A stretch of 42,475 bases of DNA, from positions 1-42,475 of the forward strand of contig OMRK01000196.1 in the NCBI GenBank assembly GCA_900313515.1. Direction: 5' to 3'. This document shows, piece after piece, positions 34,273-42,475 of this stretch. The stretch comes from an uncultured bacterium. Lineage in GTDB: Bacteria; Vulcanimicrobiota; Xenobia; Xenobiales; Xenobiaceae. Made by a program: the position numbers and the translations under genes. How positions within the stretch are numbered: position 1 is the stretch's first letter; each line of letters begins with the position of its first letter. The notes beneath the pieces were generated by a model that worked only from the letters and a program-made list of their open reading frames with translations, made no database searches and was not told where the DNA came from.

Positions 34273-36727
34273 GACGCACTCTAGGGAAGCCTGCCAACTG
34301 GCCAATCGCTTTCTGCGCTTGCTACGCCGAGAGTACAGCGACGGCTGCCGCGGTCGTCTTCCAGTAGAGCAAGCTCTACTTTCCTTTCAAAAACACACTC
34401 AAGAATTGGAGCCATCCGAGGCTACCGAATTGCGCAACAAAGCCAAGGCTTTGAAGGGCTATTCCGGCCTCGGCCAGCTGGCCCGCCAAAGCCTCCTGAT
34501 TGAGGTCGGTCACTATCTGCGCGAAATCGTCCAGTCCCGCGGCCCAGCTGAGGAGACCTCGACACTGGCCTCATTGCCAACCGAAAGCAGCACTTTAACA
34601 GCAACCCCCAGGCCCTCCGTGCCCAACTCCAGCTTCCAACTTAGCACACCTATTGAGAAGCTCCATTCTATCTCCACCTCTAAACGAGCGATATTTCACA
34701 GTCTGGGCCTCTATACTCTAAACGATCTGCTCAATTTCTACCCACGCCGTTGGGAAGACCGGCGCACTTTTCGCTCTTTGGATGAACTTAGGCCAGGAAC
34801 ATTCGAACTCATAAGAGCCCACGTCGAGGCCGTTAAGGTGAGCATTACTTCAAACAGGCGCCGTAAGCTGGTTGAAGCCTTGGTTTGCGATAACACCGGT
34901 TCATTAAAAGTAACCTGGTTTAACCAGCCCTATTTGGCTAAGCAGCTCACCCAAGGCGCCCTAATTACAGCCTTCGGCAAAGTGGATTTTGATAGTTTCG
35001 GCCTGGCCCTCCATATGACAAATCCAGAATTTGTTCTAAATTTAGAAGACTCTCCCTCATTCGGCCGCATAGTTCCCATTTACAGACTTACAGCCAAACT
35101 TTACCAGAGCAGTCTCCACAAATTGATGTTCAAATTTATACCGACCTATGCCCCACTCACCCAAGAAGTTCTGCCGCCTGAGATTGTGCAAAAGTATAGC
35201 CTCATGCCCCGCGCTCAGGCCTTGGTGCAGATGCACTGGCCCAGCGATTACGACAGCCTTTATCGAGCCCAGCAACGTTTAGCCTTCGAAGAACTCCTCC
35301 TTTTGCAGTTGCGCATAGCTAAACAGCGCAAGGGTCGTTTTGCTCATAAGCGCCAACTTTTTTACGATAATCTGCCTAATTTGGTCGAAGAGTTCCAAAA
35401 ACTTCTGCCATTTAGCCTAACTGGAGCGCAGAAACGATCCATCAAGGAAATCGCTGCAGACCTTGGTAAAGATTACCCTATGAATCGCATGCTACAGGGT
35501 GACGTAGGTTCAGGAAAAACTGTGGTAGCCGCCTTTGCCGCCTTTACCGCCATAAAAAGCGGCCATCAGGCAGCCATTATGGCCCCAACGGAAATTTTAG
35601 CCGAACAGCACTACAACAAGCTTTGCCAACTACTCCAGCCAACCGGCATACGTCTGTGCCTCCTAAAAGGCAGCCTTACCCGCAAGAAGAAGCAGGAAAT
35701 AGCCGACGCACTGGGCCGAGGCGAATATGACTTGGCGGTGGGCACCCACGCCCTTATTCAAGAAAATGTCACTTTTGCCAATTTGAGCCTGGTGGTGGTA
35801 GATGAACAGCATAAATTCGGCGTCCTGCAGCGACGCACCCTAAGTCATAAGGGTAACCAGCTTAGCGGGAACGACGATTCAGCCGAGAGCTCTACGCAGC
35901 TCTCCATAGACGAGCCTAAACTCCCACCCCAGGATCCGAATGACCAGGAAGCCGATGTCTGCGACACACTCCTAATGACGGCTACTCCCATTCCCCGCAC
36001 CATGTCTTTAACCATATACGGTGATCTAGATCTTTCAAAACTCGATGAACTGCCTCCGGGCCGATCTCCCATACGCTCCTACTGTGTGCCCTTCGACAAG
36101 GCCAAAAAGGCTTATACCTTTATAGCTAAGCAAGTAGAAGAGGGCCATCAGGCCTACATAGTCTGCCCCCTTATCAACGAAAGCGACAAGCTGGAGGCCA
36201 GCGCAGCCATTCAAGAGGCAGAACGCCTGCAAAACGGAGTCTTTAAAAAATACCGAGTAGGCCTTCTGCATGGAAAGTTAAAGGCAGCTGAAAAGAGTGC
36301 GGTAATGGAAAATTTCCGCACCCATCAATTGGACATTCTAATTTCCACTACGGTAATTGAAGTGGGGGTAGATGTCAAAAATGCCACAAGCATTCTAATC
36401 CAAGATGCGAATCGTTTCGGACTGGCCCAACTGCACCAACTGCGCGGTAGAATAGGACGTGGTGATCTACAATCCTACTGTTTCTTCCTAGCCTCTGCCG
36501 ACTGTGAATCAAATCGCAAATTAGAAGCAGCCGCCAGGCTCTCTGATGGATTCGAAATTGCCGAGGAAGATCTGGAGATCAGAGGCCCAGGCGATTATTT
36601 CGGTACCCGCCAATCCGGTTTTCCCGAACTTATGTGCGCCGATCTAATGCGCGACAGCCATCTCTTAGAGATAGCCAAAGAGGAAGCCTGGAATTATGTA
36701 ACGAACAATCCCGCTGTAGAGGTGTAA
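34262..36727 (+). CDS. recG: ATP-dependent DNA helicase RecG (with an N-terminal extension and an internal insert)
   Basis: GDVGSGKTVVAAFAA (Walker A), VVDEQHKFGV (DEQH), LMTATPIPRT, STTVIEVGVDV and QLHQLRGRIGRG. The start is taken at the ATG at 34262, which overlaps the murB end by 11 nt; the ORF is open from 34205. Confidence 0.9.
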   Translation: MESRTHSREACQLANRFLRLLRREYSDGCRGRLPVEQALLSFQKHTQELEPSEATELRNKAKALKGYSGLGQLARQSLLIEVGHYLREIVQSRGPAEETSTLASLPTESSTLTATPRPSVPNSSFQLSTPIEKLHSISTSKRAIFHSLGLYTLNDLLNFYPRRWEDRRTFRSLDELRPGTFELIRAHVEAVKVSITSNRRRKLVEALVCDNTGSLKVTWFNQPYLAKQLTQGALITAFGKVDFDSFGLALHMTNPEFVLNLEDSPSFGRIVPIYRLTAKLYQSSLHKLMFKFIPTYAPLTQEVLPPEIVQKYSLMPRAQALVQMHWPSDYDSLYRAQQRLAFEELLLLQLRIAKQRKGRFAHKRQLFYDNLPNLVEEFQKLLPFSLTGAQKRSIKEIAADLGKDYPMNRMLQGDVGSGKTVVAAFAAFTAIKSGHQAAIMAPTEILAEQHYNKLCQLLQPTGIRLCLLKGSLTRKKKQEIADALGRGEYDLAVGTHALIQENVTFANLSLVVVDEQHKFGVLQRRTLSHKGNQLSGNDDSAESSTQLSIDEPKLPPQDPNDQEADVCDTLLMTATPIPRTMSLTIYGDLDLSKLDELPPGRSPIRSYCVPFDKAKKAYTFIAKQVEEGHQAYIVCPLINESDKLEASAAIQEAERLQNGVFKKYRVGLLHGKLKAAEKSAVMENFRTHQLDILISTTVIEVGVDVKNATSILIQDANRFGLAQLHQLRGRIGRGDLQSYCFFLASADCESNRKLEAAARLSDGFEIAEEDLEIRGPGDYFGTRQSGFPELMCADLMRDSHLLEIAKEEAWNYVTNNPAVEV

Positions 36728-36736
36728 TAACACGAA

Positions 36737-37240
36737 ATGAACACTTCCCGCTTGCCTTCCAAAAGCTGGATGCGCCCAACTACCAGCAAAACCCGTGAAG
36801 CTCTGACCGCAGCCCTGCAACCTTACATTGATGATACAACTATCGTACTGGATCTCTTCGCTGGCACCGGTTCGTTGGGGTTAGCCCTTCTTGAAATCGG
36901 TTGCCAGAGCGCCGTTTTTATCGAGGGGGATCGGCGTTCCATGCCCTATCTACGCGAGGCGGTTAAAAATCGGGGCTCGATAATTTTCGGCCTTCTACCC
37001 AAGGCCCTGGATAAACTGAAGGGAACGCAGTTTGATATAGCAGTAGCCGACCCGCCCTACAACAGTCCCCATGGTCCAGAAACTTTAAAGCTCTTAGAGC
37101 CTTACATTAAACCGGGCGGAATTGTGGTTTTCGAATACCATCACAAAGAAGATTACCCCGGCGATTTTGGCGCCTTCAAAGTAATAAGGAGCAGGCGCTT
37201 CGGGGAAACCCAACTCACTTTCTGGCAGAAAGCCAGCTAA
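36737..37240 (+). CDS. rsmD: 16S rRNA (guanine966-N2)-methyltransferase RsmD
   Basis: RPTTSKTREAL, DLFAGTGSLGLALLEIG (SAM motif I) and ADPPY. Small size (167 aa). Starts 9 nt after recG. Confidence 0.85.
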   Translation: MNTSRLPSKSWMRPTTSKTREALTAALQPYIDDTTIVLDLFAGTGSLGLALLEIGCQSAVFIEGDRRSMPYLREAVKNRGSIIFGLLPKALDKLKGTQFDIAVADPPYNSPHGPETLKLLEPYIKPGGIVVFEYHHKEDYPGDFGAFKVIRSRRFGETQLTFWQKAS

Positions 37241-37244
37241 TTTT

Positions 37245-38669
37245 TTGGAGATGGAGAAAATGTCAGATAATTTTACCGAATACTTGCAAAAACTGCCAGA
37301 ATCTAGCCGTAACATATCCTTACAGGCTTGGAAGGCCCTGCCAGCTGATCTTAGACAAGAACTCAATGTTACCATTAAGTTGTTCAGTAATATCGCCCAA
37401 AGCAATCCCAATGCTTTAAGCGATCTTCTGGAACTTTTAAAACGCCAGGCCGGTCCCGCCCTGCAGCCGCTTTCCCATATTGCCGTAGTCGGACCGGTAA
37501 ACGTTGGTAAATCTACGCTTTTCAACGCACTTCTCAATTCTGCCGATGAACATGCCGCAGTCTCCCCCTTGCCTGGCACGACCGTAGTCTCTCAGACAGC
37601 CAATGCCGGCGCCATTTCCCTTGTAGACACACCAGGTTTAGACAATGCCAACACTTCCGGCCGAAATGAGTACGCTATTGCTCTGGAAAGCGCTGCCCAA
37701 GCCGACTTTCTGCTGGTGGTCTTCGATGCCTCCAGAGGTATCACCACCTCCGATTACGATCTATACAAGATGCTTAGAGGGCTAAATAAGCCGTATTTGA
37801 TCGCCTTAAATAAAATTGATCTTATTGAGCCCAAGCAGCGTGAATCGGTAGTGCAGGCAGCCGCCTCAGCCTTGGGAATAAGCAAAGATTTTGTCCAACC
37901 GGTTTCGGCCAGTCTGCGTCAGGGTGTAGCTCAATTGCTTTTGGAGGTAGCCGTAGTGGAGCCGCGCCTTCTGGGCGAGTTGGGGAAAACCCTAAAGCCC
38001 ATACGCGGCAAACTTAGTTGGCAAGCCATCCGCCGAGCCGCAGTAATTTCTTGCGCCATAGCCCTTAGCCCCCTGCCCATCATAGACTTTATTCCCTTAA
38101 CTATCGTGCAGACCACCCTGGTTTTAACTCTGGCTAGAATTTACAATGAGCCTATGAATTATGCCCGCGCCTCTGAGCTTATCACCACCTTGGGAGCAGG
38201 CCTTCTGGCCCGCAATTTGGCAGCCCAGATCAGCAAGGCTGGAGGCCCTCCAGGTTGGGCAATTTCTGCCTCCATCGCCACCGCCTGCACCGTTGCCATA
38301 GGCTACTCCTGCATGCTCTGGTTTAGCTCCGGAATTAAACCCTCAGCTGAAAGCAGTAAAAAGTTAATCCAAGCCTTGGGTGATGTTCTGTTAAAGCTTA
38401 TTAAGAGCATAGGCCGCAAGAAAGAGGATCGCCCCAAATTAGATGAGGCATTAAGCGAAGCGGTGGAGCGAACTACCCGCCAACTGTGCGAGCAGGAGCT
38501 GTCCCAAGCCCTCGGTGCAACACCGGTCCAACCTGGCCAATCAGCCCAACCGGCTGGAGCCCAAACCTCGGCCTCCGCACCGATAAAAACGACTCAACCT
38601 GCTCCAACCGCTCCCAATCAGACTCAACCAACATCGACAACCGAGCCAGCCAAGCCTGGGCAAGGCTAA
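37245..38669 (+). CDS. GTP-binding protein with a C-terminal DUF697-like membrane-associated domain and a Pro/Thr/Gln-rich tail
   Basis: G1 GPVNVGKSTLFNAL, G3 DTPGLD, G4 NKIDL, then a hydrophobic region (AVISCAIALSPLPIIDFIPLTIVQTTLVLTLARIY). The ORF opens with a TTG at 37245. The ATGs at 37251 or 37260 are more likely starts (GGAG at 37247-37250). Confidence 0.8.
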   Translation: MEMEKMSDNFTEYLQKLPESSRNISLQAWKALPADLRQELNVTIKLFSNIAQSNPNALSDLLELLKRQAGPALQPLSHIAVVGPVNVGKSTLFNALLNSADEHAAVSPLPGTTVVSQTANAGAISLVDTPGLDNANTSGRNEYAIALESAAQADFLLVVFDASRGITTSDYDLYKMLRGLNKPYLIALNKIDLIEPKQRESVVQAAASALGISKDFVQPVSASLRQGVAQLLLEVAVVEPRLLGELGKTLKPIRGKLSWQAIRRAAVISCAIALSPLPIIDFIPLTIVQTTLVLTLARIYNEPMNYARASELITTLGAGLLARNLAAQISKAGGPPGWAISASIATACTVAIGYSCMLWFSSGIKPSAESSKKLIQALGDVLLKLIKSIGRKKEDRPKLDEALSEAVERTTRQLCEQELSQALGATPVQPGQSAQPAGAQTSASAPIKTTQPAPTAPNQTQPTSTTEPAKPGQG

Positions 38670-39018
38670 GCTCTGGAAGCCTCTGAGGCTGGATCTTCCA
38701 AACCAAACGCCCGGTTACCAGCCTCTACCTGCATTGCTGGACGACTTAAATTAATCTGTGGCTGTCCAACTGTCGACTAAATCAGGGAGCGGTAAAGCCT
38801 GCTCACCCTAGATTTTGTCAATGACTTCAAGTATCGGGGGTATCTTCTGGGCCACTCGCCGGCCCAATTCTAATCAGGAAGGATTTCTGCCGCCTGCTTC
38901 TTAATAGGGGTTGGTTTCTGAAGAGACAGAGCCGAGAATTTTCCAGCCGCAAAAAAAATAGCAGTTGCATGGCGGACGGCTCATATATAGGCAGGACATT
39001 TAGGTTTTAAATTAGATT

Positions 39019-39564
39019 ATGCGGATAAAACGAATTTTGACGGTGTTTACGCTTGCGGCTTGCCTGTGCGGGGCGCTGGGATGTTCGAACAACCTACCAA
39101 CCCAGACCTACGACTTAGGGCAGCAGAAAGTGGTCTTTGCCGCTCCACCTTCGGAGAACTGGCAACAAGATAAGGTAAAAAACATCAAAGATGAACCTGC
39201 GGTAGTGCGTTACAGCGCCGTTAAGGATCCTAATCAATTTATAGTCGTCAGCTCTACCGACATGGGCGGCATGACCAGTTGGACAGATAAATCGGCTACC
39301 GAAGATTTGACCCGCAAGCTGCAGAATAACATCATGAAGCGCTCAGAGGCAGAGATTAGACAACGCGAAACCAAATTGGGCGGCGAGACAGCTCTGCAGC
39401 TTACCTTTACGTATCTGGAAGGAACCACGCGGGTGTGGGGAAGCCAGGTTTATGCCTTCCACAACAAGTTGCTTTGGAACGTTTCCTGTTCATGCCCAGA
39501 GTCGGAACGAAACGGAACTGAGAAGACTTTCAATAACATACTAAGCACTTTTGAGTTCCAGTAA
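39019..39564 (+). CDS. Putative lipoprotein (181 aa)
   Basis: Signal peptide with lipobox: MRIKRILTVFTLAACLCGALG/CSNN. The mature part is hydrophilic. I recognise no family. Confidence 0.7.
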   Translation: MRIKRILTVFTLAACLCGALGCSNNLPTQTYDLGQQKVVFAAPPSENWQQDKVKNIKDEPAVVRYSAVKDPNQFIVVSSTDMGGMTSWTDKSATEDLTRKLQNNIMKRSEAEIRQRETKLGGETALQLTFTYLEGTTRVWGSQVYAFHNKLLWNVSCSCPESERNGTEKTFNNILSTFEFQ

Positions 39565-39641
39565 GTTTTACCCGAGCCCTTCAGATTCTTCACAACCAGT
39601 CAGCACGATCGAGTGGGTGTTGAGGTGATGGAGGCTCGTCG

Positions 39642-39670
39642 TTGATACCCTATCTTATGTGTGTTATACT
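39642..39670 (+). promoter_or_regulatory. Sigma70-type promoter (TTGATA-N17-TATACT) upstream of the radical SAM gene
   Basis: TTGATA at 39642-39647, exactly 17 nt, then TATACT at 39665-39670. It sits about 147 nt upstream of the ATG at 39818. Confidence 0.6.
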
Positions 39671-39817
39671 GCGTCCAGTCGGAATTGCAAAGAGCCGTGA
39701 GGCACACTGAGATAGCTCGTTTAGGCTCGTATCACCAGTTGCATCGAGCGAAAAGCCCTCGCCTCTAAGTCGTGAAGCGACATGGAGAGGTGGGGTAAGT
39801 CATAGGAGCATATTAAA
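39671..39817 (+). promoter_or_regulatory. Structured 5' leader of the radical SAM/SPASM gene (candidate riboregulator, class unknown)
   Basis: Competing pairings: GAGCC (39692-96) with GGCTC (39724-28); duplicated GCTCG (39715-19 and 39725-29) against a single CGAGC (39745-49). Nested hairpin CCTCT-GTCG-tgaag-CGAC-AGAGG (39762-39790) lies just before the AGGAG SD (39804-08). Confidence 0.4.
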
Positions 39818-40915
39818 ATGGCCGATTTTCCCTTCAAACCGCAGGTAGTGGGCTGGGAGCTGACCCTGCGTTGCAATATGCGTTGTCTGCATTGCGGCTC
39901 CACAGCTGGACAGCCTAGGCCCGACGAGCTTACTGTGGAGGAAGGCTTCTCTCTTATCGACCAAATGGTCGATTTGGGGACCGAAATAGTTACACTTTCC
40001 GGCGGTGAGCCCATGACTCACCCAGCCTGGGATCAGTATGCAAAGCGCCTGATCGACAAAGGCGTAAAAACATACATGATCAGCAATGGTCTTCTGCTGG
40101 AACAGAACATAGAGAGGTTGAGGGCTTGTGGTATGCGCCGCCTGGGAGTGAGTATAGACGGCGATGAGCCTATGCACGATTATATTCGCAACCACCCCGG
40201 CACCTTCAAGGCAGCCATGCGCGGCATTGCCGCAGCCCACGAGGCGGGTATCAAAGTGGGTGCGGTTACCCACATTTCGGGCGCCAATAAGCATCTCTTA
40301 GAGGCCATGTATAATGTGATGTTGCAGAACAAACTCGATTTCTGGCAGATTCAGATTGCCTTCAGTCAAGGGCGAATGAAAGATCACCCTCAGTATGCTC
40401 TTAGTCCTGAGGATCTGCCGATGATCGTTAATTTTGTACATAAGTGTCAAGAGGAAGGTAAGTTGCCGGTGGTGGCCGGAGATAATTTTGGCTATTACGA
40501 GGTACCGGCCATGCGGGCCAAACCCTGGAAAGGTTGCTTTGCCGGGCGCCATTTGATGGGCGTAGATGCCGACGGCAGCATTAAGGGTTGCCTTTCCATG
40601 CCGCGCGAATTTGTGGAAGGTAATATTCGCACCGAGTCTTTGCGCACCATATGGGAAGATCCTCAAAGGTTCCGCTACAATCGCTACTTTAGCACCGACA
40701 TGCTCAAGGGGCACTGCAGGAACTGTCCGCATGGAATCCCATGCCGGGCAGGCTGTACAGCCAGCGCCTACAGTGCCAGCGGTGATCGTTTCGATAACCC
40801 CTATTGCGCCTTCCGAGTACAGAGCGGCATAGGAGATAAGGGCTGGCCCGATTCGACAGAAAAGGCAGAGCAACCGGCTGAGTCTGCTCAGCCGACGTGT
40901 CCGGTCGAATCCTAA
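39818..40915 (+). CDS. Radical SAM enzyme with a C-terminal SPASM-type auxiliary Fe-S domain
   Basis: LTLRCNMRCLHCGS (CxxxCxxC) and the SGGEP SAM-binding motif. The C-terminal Cys pattern GCFAG..DADGSIKGC..GNI..CRNCPHGIPCRAGC..YC is typical of SPASM/twitch maturases (PqqE/anSME-like). Confidence 0.88.
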   Translation: MADFPFKPQVVGWELTLRCNMRCLHCGSTAGQPRPDELTVEEGFSLIDQMVDLGTEIVTLSGGEPMTHPAWDQYAKRLIDKGVKTYMISNGLLLEQNIERLRACGMRRLGVSIDGDEPMHDYIRNHPGTFKAAMRGIAAAHEAGIKVGAVTHISGANKHLLEAMYNVMLQNKLDFWQIQIAFSQGRMKDHPQYALSPEDLPMIVNFVHKCQEEGKLPVVAGDNFGYYEVPAMRAKPWKGCFAGRHLMGVDADGSIKGCLSMPREFVEGNIRTESLRTIWEDPQRFRYNRYFSTDMLKGHCRNCPHGIPCRAGCTASAYSASGDRFDNPYCAFRVQSGIGDKGWPDSTEKAEQPAESAQPTCPVES

Positions 40916-40950
40916 TCCCTCTCTGAGAATCCCAAGACTCCGTTCTTGCA

Positions 40951-41000
40951 ATCCCCGGCTCCCAAGCTAAAAGTTCTAGGCCGGGGATAGCCTTTGTTTT
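40951..41000 (+). terminator. Possible terminator hairpin after the radical SAM gene
   Basis: 9-bp GC-rich inverted repeat, ATCCCCGGC (40951-59) / GCCGGGGAT (40980-88), with a 20-nt loop, followed by AGCCTTTGTTTT. Confidence 0.4.
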
Positions 41001-41030
41001 AAGCTAACCCAAACGAACAATAAAGTTAAT

Positions 41031-42350
41031 ATGCAGTTACCAAATAGTTTCAAAAGCTTTGCCCAAAATAAAGCATCCCAACGCATAGCCGAGGTTGCTA
41101 CCGCGCCTTGCGTGTTCTACCCCTACCAAGATTCGCCATTCTCCTACATCATGGCGGCCATTAAGGCGGGTGTGCGCTACGAGAGCCAAGAAGATTGGGG
41201 AGCGTCCCATTTTTTGGAGCATATTCTCATGCGAAGCACGGAGAAATATGCCACTCTCTACGAATTGTCGCGCCATGTCGAGGGCATAGGCGGCCAAACT
41301 TCGGCCTATTCAACGCGTGATCTGACCGCCTATTGGGTAAAAGTTCCCACCGGATGTGAGGAGTTGGGATTTGATCTGTTGAGTCAGATTCTTTTTAAGC
41401 CAACCCTAAAGCAAGAATTTATCGATCTGGAACGTTCCATCATTGTTCATGAGAGACAACGCGAGCTGGTCAATTACGGCAGATACACGGCCAATGCTTT
41501 AGAAAGCCTGCTTTTGGAGCCGAACCCAATGAGTCGTCACCCGGTAGGAACCGATGAATCTCTAGCCAGGATGACTCCTGATTACCTGCGTGCGTTTCTG
41601 AAAAAGCACTACCATGCTGGGAATATAGTGGTTGTTGGAGCCGGCCAACCCGATCCGAGCTTTGCCGGTAAAGTGGAGGCTTTCCTCAAGGAGGCTCCTC
41701 CCGGCGAAACTTCCAAGCCCGCTAATTTTATGGTGGAAAGTCAATACCCAGATGGTAGCGTGATAATTAAACGTTCTCCGCACAAAGAGCAAGTGTTCAT
41801 TTCCATGGGTTGGCGCTTTCCTGTACTCACCGATCTAGATCTGCTTACATGGCGCGTTATCAACACCTTATTAGGAGCAGGCTACACCAGCCTCCTTAAT
41901 TGGGAGTTGCGTGAGAAGCACAGCTTCACCTATGTTTGCAATACCGCCATGAACGTTTACGACGGTATGGGCGTATTCAAATTGCATATGGCCATGCATG
42001 ATCGCGATCTTCCCCAGGCTCTGGGTATAGTTACGCGGATTATTGCCGATTTAGCTAGCAACAAAATTGATAGAAAGGCCTTTGATGAGGCAGTGGTACG
42101 CCATGCCGCTGGCCTGGTTACCCGCTGGCAAAATCCTCTGGAGGCGGTACCTTTGGTGGCCCACTTGCTTTCACGCGATGGCCGACTCTTCGATTTAGCT
42201 GGATACCTTTCGGATTTGGAGAAAGTTAAAATGGATAGGGCAGCAGAGCTGGTCTCCCGCTGGTTGGCCCCCCAAGATCGTCTGGTCTTCGTGTGTACAG
42301 GTTCAGATAAGGTTGACAACATGTTTGCACAAACCTATCGGATCGACTGA
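41031..42350 (+). CDS. M16 (pitrilysin/insulinase) family zinc peptidase
   Basis: The GASHFLEHILMRST inverted zincin motif HxxEH, the downstream LERSIIVHERQRE (distal Glu ligand region), and a two-lobe length of about 440 aa. Confidence 0.85.
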   Translation: MQLPNSFKSFAQNKASQRIAEVATAPCVFYPYQDSPFSYIMAAIKAGVRYESQEDWGASHFLEHILMRSTEKYATLYELSRHVEGIGGQTSAYSTRDLTAYWVKVPTGCEELGFDLLSQILFKPTLKQEFIDLERSIIVHERQRELVNYGRYTANALESLLLEPNPMSRHPVGTDESLARMTPDYLRAFLKKHYHAGNIVVVGAGQPDPSFAGKVEAFLKEAPPGETSKPANFMVESQYPDGSVIIKRSPHKEQVFISMGWRFPVLTDLDLLTWRVINTLLGAGYTSLLNWELREKHSFTYVCNTAMNVYDGMGVFKLHMAMHDRDLPQALGIVTRIIADLASNKIDRKAFDEAVVRHAAGLVTRWQNPLEAVPLVAHLLSRDGRLFDLAGYLSDLEKVKMDRAAELVSRWLAPQDRLVFVCTGSDKVDNMFAQTYRID

Positions 42351-42475
42351 TTTTATTGGCCCAAAATCATGCAACAAAAAGATGGCGTTGAGCAGCTTAC
42401 CAGTTCTTGAAATCGGCTGACTCCGCTGATTCGGCTGTTCACACCATCTTGGTTGTACCACCGCTGGCCCCGGGG

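Noticed and set aside
39657-39805. Small ORFs in the rSAM leader, considered as RiPP precursor peptides: 17 aa MCVILRPVGIAKSREAH, a 23-aa GTG ORF, 7 aa MERWGKS, and the 5-aa MEARR at 39628.
   Set aside because: None has an SD at proper spacing. They overlap the predicted -10 element or the hairpins, and none has the Cys/Gly-rich core or leader-like features expected of rSAM substrates.
40904-40920. TCGAATCCTAATCCCTC at the 3' end of the radical SAM gene matches 15 of 17 nt of the tRNA-Gln T-arm/acceptor end (TCGAATCCTAGTGCCTC, 30364-30380). This could be an attR-like repeat delimiting an island.
   Set aside because: The intervening 10.5 kb holds core genes (murB, recG, rsmD), and there is no integrase. 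A 15/17 match is plausible by chance and lies inside coding sequence.
40298-40951. A 217-aa minus-strand ORF antisense to the radical SAM gene. Similar long antisense ORFs occur at 39800-40294, 16110-16589, 7555-8049, 8895-9320, 37094-37579 and 41957-42322.
   Set aside because: Each lies entirely opposite a gene with strong family motifs. Their composition is Arg/Gly/Ala/Ser-skewed and low in information, and none has a convincing RBS. They are shadow ORFs.
1-42475. I scanned for CRISPR arrays, IS elements or transposases, integrases, rRNA and prophage genes.
   Set aside because: I saw no regularly spaced direct repeats. No ORF has transposase, integrase or phage hallmark motifs. The only RNA gene found is tRNA-Gln.

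Overview
42.5-kb bacterial chromosomal window of roughly 45-50% GC by eye. I saw no rRNA, CRISPR array, transposase or integrase. All family names come from motifs read by eye in the supplied translations; no homology search was run.

Left third (1-11.4 kb), mostly housekeeping: the 5' part of cysS (runs off the window edge), two pseudopilin-like genes, a coiled-coil ORF, a MazG-like gene, a hyp-dapB-asd-lysC operon on the minus strand, ftsY, and a split thrE-type exporter.

Centre (11.5-30.3 kb), one co-directional plus-strand block and the most unusual part of the window:
- an atypical tail-anchored Hanks-type kinase
- a canonical membrane Hanks kinase with a large ectodomain that looks PBP1/LivJ-like
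- a TM-anchored FHA protein
- a bona fide CofD/FbiA homologue starting 12 nt after the FHA gene
- four tandem, diverged but fully motif-intact paralogues of an 800-940 aa polytopic YfhO-like (GT-C type) membrane protein. Three of them carry a G7-G8 tract at the same codon.
- a translationally coupled, TM-anchored TPR-like protein

The block ends at a tRNA-Gln(UUG) with its own near-consensus promoter and two terminator hairpins.

Right third: an orphan 665-aa minus-strand gene bordered by a 586-nt non-coding gap, then murB, recG, rsmD, a GTPase with a DUF697-like membrane tail, a lipoprotein, a radical SAM/SPASM enzyme behind a strong promoter and a structured ~147-nt leader, and an M16 (HxxEH) peptidase.

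Several housekeeping enzymes carry low-complexity insertions. The lineage is not identifiable from the sequence alone.
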